Source of the DNA: Yuukianura sp. NJ FZ-2021
Lineage: Eukaryota
NCBI GenBank assembly: GCA_046563655.1
Contig: CM102287.1
Span: 1,054,001-1,118,000, forward strand
DNA length: 64,000 bases
Direction: 5' to 3'
Position numbers and translations under genes: made by a program. Under the pieces are notes generated by a model. The model was not told where the DNA came from, made no database searches, and saw only the letters and a list, made by a program, of their open reading frames with translations. Below, in pieces: positions 1-10,766 of this stretch (position 1 is the first letter of the stretch; each line of letters opens with the position of its first letter).

Positions 1-104
1 ACGACCTTAAGTGCACACGTGCGTACAAAGTCCAGAATAGTATTTTCATCATCATTTCAACTTGTACTATTACTAGTCGACCCTAAAATTAGGTTTTGCG
101 CAGG

Positions 105-140
105 TATATATAGTTAGGTTTGAGTTGTAAGAAGTCAGTC
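105..140 (+). promoter_or_regulatory. TATA box and initiator of IAP gene
   Basis: TATATATA at 105-112, TCAGTC (arthropod-type Inr) at 135-140, ATG at 149. Confidence 0.65.
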
Positions 141-148
141 AAAGAAAT

Positions 149-1078
149 ATGGAGGTCCTCATGAGTTATGAGGGAAGATTACAAACTTTTCAGAACGCTC
201 AACTAAGATGGCCATTGAATTTTGTGACCCCGGAAGCATGTTCGTTTGCGGGATTTTACTACCTCGGAGTAGATGACAAGGTGGGTAATTTTCAGCTTTA
301 TGTGAAAAGATAACGTGGGTAGATGACATGGTGGGTAATTTGCAACTTTCTTTAAAATGTAAAAAAAAGTGTTAATGTTTTCTCTGTCGTAAATCAGGTT
401 GCGTGTCCGTATTGCCGAGGTGTCGTCGGGGAGTGGGTGGTTGGTGATGAGCCATTGTTGGAGCACCGCAAACATTTCCCCCGTTGTCCGTATGTTGTGG
501 TCATGACCGGTCTACTATCCGGGGTTGGGTTTGTTACTGTTCCGGATGTAACTGGGACCCACGGAATCGAGGCGGCCGGAGCAACGAGAATTGATGTTTT
601 CGAATATGTGAGCACAGGAAATGGTATGCGCGGCGCGGTAGCTTCTGATGTTTCCACCGACCCTGACCAGCCGGGAACAGATCCTGCCAGTGCTGAAACG
701 GGAGGAACCGAGTTGGTCGCAGCAACCGCGCCGGAAACCGACGTTCCCGGCGATGGAGGAGCGGATTTGGCCGGGCCTGCAACACGTTACGTGGCAGAAA
801 TAACTACTCTCGAAACTAATATACCCAGTGTAAGAGGAACTGATGTTGCCGGGACAACTGAACACATTTTAACAGCGGCATCCAGCGCTTTGGCTTCCGG
901 TGTTAGGAAAGACGACTCTGGCAACAGCCTTACTTGTAAGATTTGTTGGGACAAAGAAGCTTGCGACGTGTTCTTGCCATGTAAACATTTGGTTGCATGT
1001 CGTAAATGCTCATTGTCATTAAAAAGTTGTGCAGTTTGCAGAGAACCTATACTAATTAGATTTAGGGTGTATACCTAG
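149..1078 (+). CDS. iap: Inhibitor of apoptosis (single BIR + C-terminal RING), 2 exons: 149-280, 398-1078
   Basis: Splicing GT281..AG397 (phase 0) joins RLQTF..WP..AGFYYLGVDDK to VACPYC..W..GDEPLLEHRKHFPRCP (BIR). The C-terminus is a RING, CKICWD..FLPCKHLVACRKC..CAVCR. Confidence 0.93.
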
Positions 1079-1355
1079 TCAAGTGTTGATATTCTGTGTC
1101 AAGTTTTCCAAGTCCTCCCACAACCCAATTCAAGTAAATGTTGAATTGAGTTGTGGGATGACTTTTGTTGCTGTGAGTTCGAATCCTACGTTGAGAAATG
1201 AATAAAAAAAATCGAATCCTACGTTGAGAAATGAATAAAAAAATCGATTCAAGTTTTATGTGTTTTTGTTTGAGGTACGTTTTGCGAATTAGTATTTAAT
1301 GAAGTGGAAGTTTTGAGGAAGTAAGCATTTGTTGTGATAGCTAAGAGGAAGAAGC

Positions 1356-1971
1356 ATGGAAGGAATACGCAGATATGTATGTGACAACTGTGGAGAACGT
1401 TTCGATTCACAAGATTCCTTTTGGGATCACGCTTTTGAACATCATGTTTACGACCTTCGCATACCACGTCAAGGTATTTTGCTTTCAAAAAGAAAAAACA
1501 TTCGCTTTGGAGTATCTTGTGAAGTTGTTTAAATTTGGTTAGAGTGGGAACCAAAAGACGAACAAGTTGCGGGTCCAAGTCGTCCCAGGGTACCAGTCAA
1601 TGACGAATCTGGAGCAAGGAATTTGGAAAGACCAGTTGACCCAACTGTTGATGAAATTTTAGAAGGGCTGCTTGATTACGAAGGTAGTAGCAACAGAACA
1701 GAATTAGAGCGAAGTAGATGGCTTTGTGTTGAAATTAAGAAATTGATGTTTTTTTGTAGAAGAATTGTCAGAAACTCAACAATCGGTCATCAATGCAGAC
1801 TTGTCAAACTTTCGAGAGAGGTTCTGTTCACATTGCGCGATCAAGTTTGAGAACGCAGGAGAGCTCGACTACCATCGGTTTGTGTTTCATCGTGTAGAGT
1901 TGGCCCTTGTGCCAACTCTAAGAAAGATCTGGAAAGATGACCGCTCGATCGTACGACTGGAAAGGAACTGA
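1356..1971 (+). pseudogene. Spliced C2H2 zinc-finger coding region, probable N-terminus of Polinton PolB, cut by an LTR (exons 1356-1473, 1543-1683, 1760-1968)
   Basis: Two GT-AG introns keep the frame. Fingers are YVCDNCGERF..FWDHAFEHH and FCSHCAIKF..LDYHRFVFH. The stop TGA is supplied by the TG of the LTR at 1969. Assignment to PolB is inferred from position. Confidence 0.65.
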
Positions 1972-2145
1972 TCTTTATTCTTCGAATTAAGATCTGAATC
2001 AAAAAATAAGAAATAAAACTAAAAGCTAAGCTGTGCTGTGCGGTGTGGTCTGTCCTCCTCGTGGCTCTGCTCCTCTCCTCCTCCTCTGCTGCTGCGCGGA
2101 CCCCTCCTACTCCTCGGACTGCGGGGAAAATAGCACATCGTCACA
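1969..2145 (-). repeat. Probable 3' LTR of element 1 (short, possibly truncated)
   Basis: On the minus strand a purine tract (..GAGGGGGC..CCAGGAGGA) is followed by TGTGACG..., then AATAAA, ending ..GATCA. There is no partner LTR to confirm it. Confidence 0.55.
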
Positions 2146-2167
2146 TCCTCCTGGACGAAAGCCCCCT

Positions 2168-3843
2168 CTACTGGCGAAGCGCCGTCCGACGTTTGACCTT
2201 GTTGCGCTTGTGCGAAAGTCTGGCCCTGCGATTCTCTTTCTGGCGTCTTTCCTTGTTGGAATTGATAAGTGCCTTCCTGGCTTTCGGATTCGGGCAGGAT
2301 CGGTGCTCGTGTGATGTGTCGTGGCAAAGGAAGCATCTTCTGGTGCTGATTGGTGCATCGGGAAGTGGAATTTCTGGAAATATGTCCGGATCATCATCAT
2401 AGTTCACATGGATTTCAATGTCTGGTTCTGTAGTTTGCATGTCAACGTCAGGAGCTTGAATAGGCGATATGATTTTTGGTTCAGGAACAATCGGATGTAC
2501 AATTGGAGTTGGTTCGTCTGGTTCCGATGCTGGTTCTGGTTCTGGTTCAGGAGTTCGTTTCTGGTTTACTACCACGACTGTGCTTCTGACTGTAACGTTA
2601 AGGTCGGACCAACTATCTTCGCTTTCGTCGTCGGTGCTGACGTAAGATGGTGCTCTGGTTGGTGGTGGTGGAATGTTGGCGATGACGTGGTAAACTTGAG
2701 CGATGGCGTCACAGATTTGATTTTGAATTTCAAGTGAACATTTGAAAATCTTAACTACGTCTTTTGGACATGAAGGAGCCACTATGGCTAAAGTTCTCAT
2801 TTGATCAAATGTCATAACCCAATGTACTTGTTTGTCTAGAATTTTTGCCTGATTAAGTGCCCATTGGTACAATTTACTAAAAATACATTTCTGAATTTGA
2901 TTGAGTGCTTGTGCATGCTTGCCTAAAACTATTTCTACCGTTGTTTTGTCACACGCACGGTACAATTTTAAAGATTTCTCCATAGATGCGGGGAAAATTG
3001 GTAACTTTGATTCTAATTTATGTACAAAGTCTAGTTGAAGGTCGCTGCCACTCGCTGCGTCCTTCATTTTCTTAACACATTTGTTCCAAAGTAATAACAA
3101 ACAAAAACTATCGTACCAAGCATAGTTCAATAACTCTTGTGGTAAACGACTGAGCTTATCTCTCACTGTCCAATCTGCTGCCTGAGCATCCTTTGACACC
3201 TCTACATCAAGTAAATATTTACACATCGTGGAAAGTGAAGTAGCTTCAAATCTAGTGTCTACACCGAAAAATAACATATGATACAATTCTTGTAAGTCTA
3301 TTATAGGGAAAATGAATATGTCAAAGTCACGCTGCGTCATGAGTAAATCATTGTCGCTGCCAAGTAGAATTTTGACAATATTCGTGCATGAAAAATTTTT
3401 GGGAGATTCTCCTTAAGCCAATTGCAAATCGGGGGAACGTCTATAACGAAATCATGATCTTCTACTGAGATTTGAATAGTAGTGATGAAATCTTGGTAAC
3501 AATTAGTCTGATGAAACTCCATATCTACAAAAAGTAACTGTTTCTTAAGTAAAAACTCTAACATCTGCTCTGCATGGTAACTTGTCTTAATCCAGTGATG
3601 AGTTCTAAAATCTGGTACTTCTAATTCTCTAAATAATGGCAAATCTGGGTTCCAGTTTCTAATTTCTTTCTCAAAAGGGTGAACTCTTGAAATTTTAGGC
3701 TCTATAGCAAAATTTACACTCTGTCTCATCTTTAAAAATTCGGGATACAAATCTTGCGGTCTAGCTTCTACGGACTTCCATTTCAATTTAGCTTCTTTCT
3801 GTGCTAGTTTCCATTTCTGAGCCTGTCTCTGCTTGCTATTCAT
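2168..3843 (-). CDS. Rrp6/EXOSC10-like DEDDy 3'-5' exonuclease + HRDC + CCHC knuckle (one 1-bp frameshift at ~3384)
   Basis: Motifs are HPFEKEI; VDMEFH..YQDFITTIQIS (ExoI); NIVKILLGSDNDLLMTQRDF (ExoII, read across the frameshift); KDAQAADWTVR..LPQELLNYAWYDSFCLL (ExoIII); LYQWALNQAKILDKQVHWVM (HRDC-like); CFLCHDTSHEHRSC. Confidence 0.88.
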
Positions 3844-4065
3844 TTTGAGGGTACAGTCGCTGCCTGAATCGCTGCGTCTGTACTGTAAATAACCAAAAAT
3901 ACTAAAATTAGTTTAAATCATAATCTTAATTAAGTGCATTCTAGCCTAAGTTATTTTCAACTTAACCTAGTGATTTCAGCCTAACCTAAATTGATTTCAC
4001 TTAACCTAAGGCGCCAACTAACTAAATTCTTAATCTAACTTAACTAAGAGCTCTTCTAACCTAAC

Positions 4066-7000
4066 TTAAGTCCTAAATCCTGCTAATTGCCTGTAATTTA
4101 CTGGTTTTCTGTCTCTGAGTTGTCTTTTCTCTGGTTCTTCTGGAATTTTGGTTCGAACTGTCTCGGTATCTCTTGGAAAATATGGTTTTAAGTCACTGAC
4201 GTGTCTAACTCCTGCTGACTTTCTTTCTGGATAAGTACAAATTTGGAATGTAACTGGAGTGACTTGTTTGACAATAACATAAGGACCTATCCACTTTGGA
4301 GCTAATTTTTGAGCTATACCTTCGTCTTTGTTAGATTGTACTCTGTTTCTAGTCAAAACAAACTGATTTTCGTCAAACGAAACTTCTCTACGATTTTGAT
4401 CATAGTATTTCTTGTATGCAGCTTGAGCTTTGTCAATATTCGTTCTGACCCAACTAATTGGATTTTTTAAGTACTGATTTAATTCAATTGCATGAGACTC
4501 TGGTAACTCGAAATTTTCCTTTTCTGGCTCTGAAATTTGTCTGTCGAATGGCAAACTAATCTCACGACCTAAGTTTAACATTGCTGGTGTTACTTTAGTA
4601 CTTTCATTACAAACTGTTCTTAATGCAAGTGCGAATTTTTGGATATGTAAATCCCAACTCGAATGTTGACCGTCTACAAATGCACAAATCATTGCTTTAA
4701 TGTTTCTATTTATCCTTTCTGCTAAATTTGGCTGTGGATGGTAAACTGCGAAAAATCTATGGTCGATATTCCAATCTTTACAACACTTTTTCATTAAGTT
4801 AGACAAAAATTGAGATCCATTGTCTGTGATTATCGTTTTTGGACTTCCGTACCTGCAGAATACGTGATCCTCTAAACAATCTACAATCTTTTTAGCCGTT
4901 GCTTCTCTTAACGGGAACATTTCTGTCCACTTTGACAATTGATCGACTACAACTAACAAATACTCATTCCGTCTGCCTCCTGCACTAACCGGAAGTGGAC
5001 CAATTAAATCTGCGTAAATGACTGAGAAAACCTTTTTCGCTGCTCGAATTATACCCATAGTCCCTGCGGGTTTTAGATTATCATACTTGACTTCCTGACA
5101 AACTTTGCATGTTTTGACGTAATTTGCTATATCTTTGTTCATGTCTGGCCAATACACTCTGCTTTGAACTCTGAATTTTGTTTTTCTGACCCCTGGATGA
5201 CCTGAATGAGGTTCATCATGTAACTCTTTTAGAACCAAATTTCTGAGACTTTTAGGCACAACAGGTAAGTACAACTTAACTCTATCCTTAACACTATTCT
5301 TATCTCTAGGCTTAACACTAATCTTAACACTAACGCTAGCTTCTTCTTCTTCATCTGTACCTACTTTCTTTTCGGAACGAGGAGCATCTTCGCATCCCAC
5401 ATTGTTCCTTACGAACGGAGAGCTCTTCGGCGTCCCACACTGTTCTTTTAGACGCTCTTGGTCTTTAGGGCAATCTTCCCTTTTTGCTCTACCAGGCACT
5501 GCCGCTGGGAGTCTATCTAGGCCTTTCTCTTCGGTATTCTGTACAAAACAACTTTCGTTTGTAAAACCAATCTGTGGATCAACTCTGTCCACTTGTGGGG
5601 TCATGCTACCCACTTTGCGCTTCCGCAAACTTCTATTTTTCTTTGTGTGCACTATCCTAAACAGGATTCCATCTTTGATAACATAATTTTCTAAATTGCA
5701 TGATCTTTTAAACCCTTTCTGCGGTTTTTTAAGTTCTTCTTTTAACGTCAAAATTTCTACATCTGTCCTTTGTGCATCTTTTATGCTCTCTAAGGTAACT
5801 GAACTTCCAAAAATTGAAAAAATTTCTTGGGTCGCCGCCCCTCGCGTCGTCCCAAACGTAGGAATATCCATAATTTTCATCTCATCATCTAAATAACTTT
5901 GATCATCTTTGAGAGCTTTTACTGGAGCTCGTGATAGTGCATCTGCCACTATATTTTCTTTTCCTGGTCTATGCTTAATCTCTAAATCCTGATTCTGAAT
6001 TTGAGCGGACCATCTCATCAATTTTTTTGAATTGTTCTCCATGGTTTTCAACCATTGTAATGCTGAATTGTCCGTTTCTAAGTACACTTTCTGTCCAAAG
6101 ATGTACTCCCTAAACTTATTTAGTGCAAAAATAATAGCTAAACACTCTTTTTCTGACGTAAACAGCCTCTGTTCCGTCTCATTTAAGACCTTGCTTGCAA
6201 AATATACAGCTTTTTCTTTTCCATCTACTTTTTGAAACAGAACTGCGGAAATACCATAGTCTGAACTATCTGTGGTAATGTAAATTTTTTCCGAATAATC
6301 TATCCCGTGAAGTGTAACATCTTCACACATTCTCTTTTTCAAATTTTCAAAAGATTTCTGCTGCTCTGGTCCCCAAACAAACTTTACATCTTTTCTTAAC
6401 AATTTATACAAAGGTGCTGCGATCTCAGCGAATTTTTCTATGAACGAGGAATACCATAAACACATTCCATGAAATTTCTGAATTTGTCTCAATGTTTTTG
6501 GAGCTGGATAATTTACAATTGCTCTAATTTTTTCTGGCTGCTTCTTAATACCTTCTTTTGTAATCAAATGACCCAAAAAACTAGTCTGTCTCTTGAAGAA
6601 ATGACTTTTCTCTCTATTAATTGTGAGATTTGCTTCTGCTAACCTTCTAAAAATCAATTCTAAATGACGCTTGTGCTCTTCCAAAGTTTTACTGTAGACC
6701 AAAATATCATCCATGTAAATAGCAACAAATTTAAGACAAAAATCACTAAACACATTATTCATCAACGAAACAAAAGTAGCGGGTGAACCTTTCAACCCGA
6801 ATGGCATTACGTTCCATTCGTACAAATTTCCATCAGCGTAGAATGCTGTCAACTCTTTACTTTCTTCTTTAAGTGGAATTTGCCAAAATCCTGACTGCAT
6901 GTCAATAATGGAATAGTAACCTCCTGTAGGTATAGTTCTTAAATTTGACTTGCATTGTGCATTGGAATAACATAACCTTTAGTTTTTGCATTAATTCCCT

Positions 7001-7790
7001 TGTAATTGATCGTCATTCTCAATTTACCATTCTTTTTCATAGTCAAAACTGGATTTGCGCCGTATGGCGATTTAGAATGTCTAATTAGGCCTCTGTCCAA
7101 CAAATCTTTCACCTGATTTCTGATCTCTTGTCTAATGTTAGGCGGATAACCTCTAGGAACTTGTTTGACTGGAGTAAAATCCGTCAAAATGATTTCATGT
7201 TGAGCAAATGGAGTAATTCCGAATTCACCATTTGGTCTCACTACTGTAGGAAACTTTTCTGCCAATTGAGTAATAAAATGATCGTTTGAACTAATGGAAA
7301 GCAACATTGAATTTTTTAACTTCGTAACAAAACTGATTCGTCCACTCTGATCTTTGGTTGGATACTGCCGGTGCGCTGTATCATCAAACCAAAATGTTTT
7401 TTGTTTTAAATTAAGAACAATTCCTTCTTTTCGAATCAAATCCTTTCCAATTATACAAGAAATCGGTAATTTTTCCGTAATTTTAAACCTGTGTTTAATG
7501 AGTTTGTGGCCAAGTTGAAATTCTAAATCGATTTCACCAACTGTTTCTAACGTTTCTGTATTTGCGCATGTCAAATCTATGGAATCGAACGAAGACCATT
7601 CTCTGTTTAATTTATTAGCCAATTGCTTTGAAATTATAGACCAATCACTGCCTGTATCAATCAATGCTTCGAATTCTAACCTCTTCTGATTTGGAAAATA
7701 CTCTACTTCATTTTTGCCCTCGGAATTTTTGTAATTGAAAATTGGGAGTAAATGGGACTGGGCGGGTTCCTTCTCCCTTAATAGTTTAAA
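4066..7790 (-). CDS. pol: Pol polyprotein (protease, RT, RNase H, integrase); 1-bp frameshift at ~6940
   Basis: Motifs are LIDTGS; IDMQSGFWQI..MPFGL..YMDDIL; TDSSDYG..EKECLA..TDN; HDEPHSGH..CKVC; ADL..TDNGSQF..AERINR; PKWIGPY. Confidence 0.95.
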
Positions 7791-9136
7791 TAGTCTTGAC
7801 CAGAACGTGAATTTCGTGGTTGGTTGTATTGTGGGACGTCGCCTGTATACGCGTCGTCCCTAAATTTCTGACTTTCTCTTGGTTGCGACTGCTGAACGTT
7901 TGGTTGTCTCTGAGACGGTCCTGGTTCACGATACTGACTCTGACTTTCTTGTCTAGCCGGCGGAAAATTTTGAAAATTCTGTTGTTCTCCTTGAGTAATA
8001 ACACCTACTGTATTATTCTGAGGACATTCCCTGGCGAAATGACCAAAATCCTGGCAGGTGTAACATTGTAAGTCCTTTCGACTAACTCTGCGACCATTAT
8101 TAGAACTTGGATTTCGAAACTGCGGAACTTCTGGGTAACCTCGACCTCTAGGTGCACCTCTGCCTCGTGAATGTTGACCTCTATTATTTTGCGGAAAGTC
8201 TCTGTATCTGCCAAACTGAGCCTCAGCGCTACTAACTTGCTGATTCTGACCCTGGCCTTGCTGATTCTGAGGTTGTCTGAACCTTGGGTTATTGTAAGAA
8301 TTTGGGCCGGAATGACCTTGACCTCTACCATAATTGTTTGGACCTCTGTTTCCTTTATTTCCTCTGTAATTTGAATTCTGACCTCGATTATTCGTTTTCT
8401 GCTTGTTTTCCGTAGGAGTACTTGACTGACTTTTGTTAAAATCGCTTTCAACTGGGATTGTTCTAACTGGAGGAAGCTTTGTAACCTCATTTTTGCGTCT
8501 ATCCTCTGCTTTAATATCGTAGATGACCCTCTTTGCCTCGTTAATTAGATCAGCTGGAGTCCAACTCTGGCTATAACCTACCAAACATCTGATTTGTGGA
8601 TACAAAGCATCACGACATCTCTTAACAATTCGAAACATTTCCTCTTTCGGATTGACCTGGTGGCTCAAAGTAACCATTTCCCAAACGAAACTTTCAACTG
8701 ATTCTGTAACCTTTTGTTTCCTAGTCAACAATAATTTAGCCCTGAATTCCTTTTCTTCAATAGTATCATACTTTGCGATGAAACTCTTTTTGAATTGTGA
8801 CCACGACTTAATGTCATCTCGTACATTGTCATACCAAGCTTTTGTCTCTTTAGTCATGATAGTTCGAATCAGATACAAATATTTGTCCTTTGTGTAATTC
8901 TGGCTTTGAAAATAAGACTCAACATCTAACAAATAAGAAGCTGCAGTTCTCTTCCTATAATCATAAACTGGAACTGGAATGTTTGGATTAACCCCTGTGA
9001 TCGTGTAATGAACTTTTGGCAATTTGCTAGAAACTTTTTTCTTTCCTTGCACTACCTCACTTTCATCTGAATCTGAATTGTTCAATCTAGAAGCGTCGCT
9101 GGGATGCGCGTCACCTCTTCTACTCCTAGTCTCTCT
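7778..9136 (-). CDS. gag: Gag (N-terminally truncated) with CCHC knuckle
   Basis: AWY..SWSQFKKSF..RKQKVTESVESF, a Q/N/G-rich linker and CYTCQDFGHFAREC. The frame stays open upstream to the polB junction. Confidence 0.9.
   Translation of the reverse strand, partial: RETRSRRGDAHPSDASRLNNSDSDESEVVQGKKKVSSKLPKVHYTITGVNPNIPVPVYDYRKRTAASYLLDVESYFQSQNYTKDKYLYLIRTIMTKETKAWYDNVRDDIKSWSQFKKSFIAKYDTIEEKEFRAKLLLTRKQKVTESVESFVWEMVTLSHQVNPKEEMFRIVKRCRDALYPQIRCLVGYSQSWTPADLINEAKRVIYDIKAEDRRKNEVTKLPPVRTIPVESDFNKSQSSTPTENKQKTNNRGQNSNYRGNKGNRGPNNYGRGQGHSGPNSYNNPRFRQPQNQQGQGQNQQVSSAEAQFGRYRDFPQNNRGQHSRGRGAPRGRGYPEVPQFRNPSSNNGRRVSRKDLQCYTCQDFGHFARECPQNNTVGVITQGEQQNFQNFPPARQESQSQYREPGPSQRQPNVQQSQPRESQKFRDDAYTGDVPQYNQPRNSRSGQDYLNY
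7784..7790 (-). promoter_or_regulatory. -1 ribosomal frameshift heptamer T TTA AAC (gag-pol)
   Basis: Sits at the gag end (YLNY*). The -1 frame reads FKLLREKEP...EALIDTGS without a stop. Confidence 0.8.
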
Positions 9137-9724
9137 GAAAAGTTTGTGTGTCGTTTTTGTATGTGTTTTTCAAAAAGCGAAAAGAAATTGCAAAATCACC
9201 AAAAGTTTTGTGCGGCGTTGGACATACAACGCGTCGTTTTACCAACCGAAAAATACTTCACGTCAAAATTCATCGTGCAACGTCTTCCTGTGCCGTATGT
9301 CATATACTTAGACTTTGAAGCACTGTTAGTACCTACAGACGGGATTGGTACTCGACAATCTGGTGCCGTTTATAATGAACATTTAGACTGTGGGTGGTCA
9401 ATGAGTATCATTGGGCCGGACGGTTATCTGGCGGACCGTGTTGTGACATTTTGTGGTCCGAATGCTGCACTGAGGTTGGTCGACGAGCTCGTGTCTGTTG
9501 CCGGAAAGATATATCCAATTTTGAAAGAAGATGTAGGCCTCGACCCACGATGGACAGAATCTGACTATGCTCACCTTTTGCTGGCTTCAACTCACTGTAT
9601 TCATTGTGGACTGGAGTTTGTGGAAGGGGTTGACACTAAGTGCATTGACCACTGCCATGTTACATCAACCATTCGTGGAGTGAGTTGCGGTCCTTGTAAC
9701 CTGAACGCCCAAGTTTGTTCATTC

Positions 9725-10105
9725 TGTTACGAAGTTAACAATGCAAAAAATTATGGTAATTGTTTTCTGTCTTTTGTCTTTGCAAATCCTAGTTTTTGCA
9801 CATGTAATCCAGTTAGAACTAGTTCTCTAAGTTAAAAATAGATTTCTAACCGTTAGTCTTTTGTTTTGTGCACAATGTAGTTGACATTAGATCTGCATGT
9901 AATTAACTCGGCGCGTGTCGAGTCCCTATAAAAAGGGCTCGGCCGTGACCTCAAGAATCATTCCTTTTCCAATTCTAAAACTTACCAGAACTCTGTCCGT
10001 TCTGCGAACGGACCAGAGGTCAACAACCTAACTTTCTGAAAATAAAAGTTACTCTTCTCTGCAATTTGCGAGTCTCCTAGCAGTAAACGATCATTTTTCA
10101 GAACA
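9725..10105 (+). repeat. 5' LTR of element 2
   Basis: Direct repeat of 12685-13065, containing TATAAAA and AATAAA. Confidence 0.93.
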
Positions 10106-10339
10106 ATGGTGGACGAGATATCGATGACCTCGTGCCCCACCTCAACAAATGCTTTCACAAAACCCACCGGGTCCGCTTCGGCGTCGACCACGGGTTTTGA
10201 CCTTATGGCGGTGGTCCGTTCGAAGAACGTTGACCTGTTGACCCTGAGGTGGGATGCTAAATTAGCATCAGGTGCTTGGGACAGCAAAACGCTGATCCCA
10301 AAGCTTCATCTAGTGATGGAGGGAAAAGCACTGAAGTGC

Positions 10340-10766
10340 TGACCTAAGGTCACGAACTAAAGCACAAGCGAAAGCCGGTGATATTAGTTACTTTAAACTA
10401 AATTAGTCAAATACTTAAAATTTCAAATTAAACATTGACCCATGTGAGGTCAAAGGTCAAATATGACCCCAAAACAAAATTAATTACGCTGACACCTTCA
10501 AGGTCACGTAAGGTCAAATAAATAACGATTTATTTTTACAAAAAAAACATGTTGACCTTGAAAAGGTCAAATTAACAACAGAATTTATTTCACCCCTATG
10601 AGGTCACATATGACAAAATTTTGAAAACTCACTTTGACCTTGAAAAGGTCAAATCGCAAAAATTGACGAAATTTTGACCCAAATGAGGTCAAACTCAAAA
10701 TTTATGTCAAACTAAGGAGGAGAGGGTAGCCAATGCTTTCAGCATTGTGTTGACCCCGATTGACCT
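10340..10766. promoter_or_regulatory. Cluster of RGGTCA/TGACCY nuclear-receptor-type half-sites
   Basis: About 16 half-sites counted in ~430 bp, including four everted pairs with 5-bp spacers. Function is unproven. Confidence 0.5.

Larger units (their letters stand above)
1969..9136 (-). mobile_element. Ty3/Gypsy LTR retrotransposon 1 (5'-truncated): gag, pol, Rrp6-like exonuclease ORF3, 3' LTR
   Basis: gag-PR-RT-RH-IN order. The gag frame is fused directly to polB at ~9136 with no 5' LTR. Confidence 0.92.

Noticed and set aside
269..341. 23-bp near-duplication of the iap splice donor region, and a 32-bp duplication at 1179-1246
   Set aside because: These are small local duplications with no evident functional signal.
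1249..1578. Minus-strand 109-aa ORF
   Set aside because: It is antisense to the better-supported spliced zinc-finger exons.
6935..6945. Programmed frameshifts in pol (~6940), exonuclease (~3384) and ATPase (~18650)
   Set aside because: These are single-base indels in short homopolymers. Mutation or long-read error is more likely, since C-run lengths also vary in the satellite.
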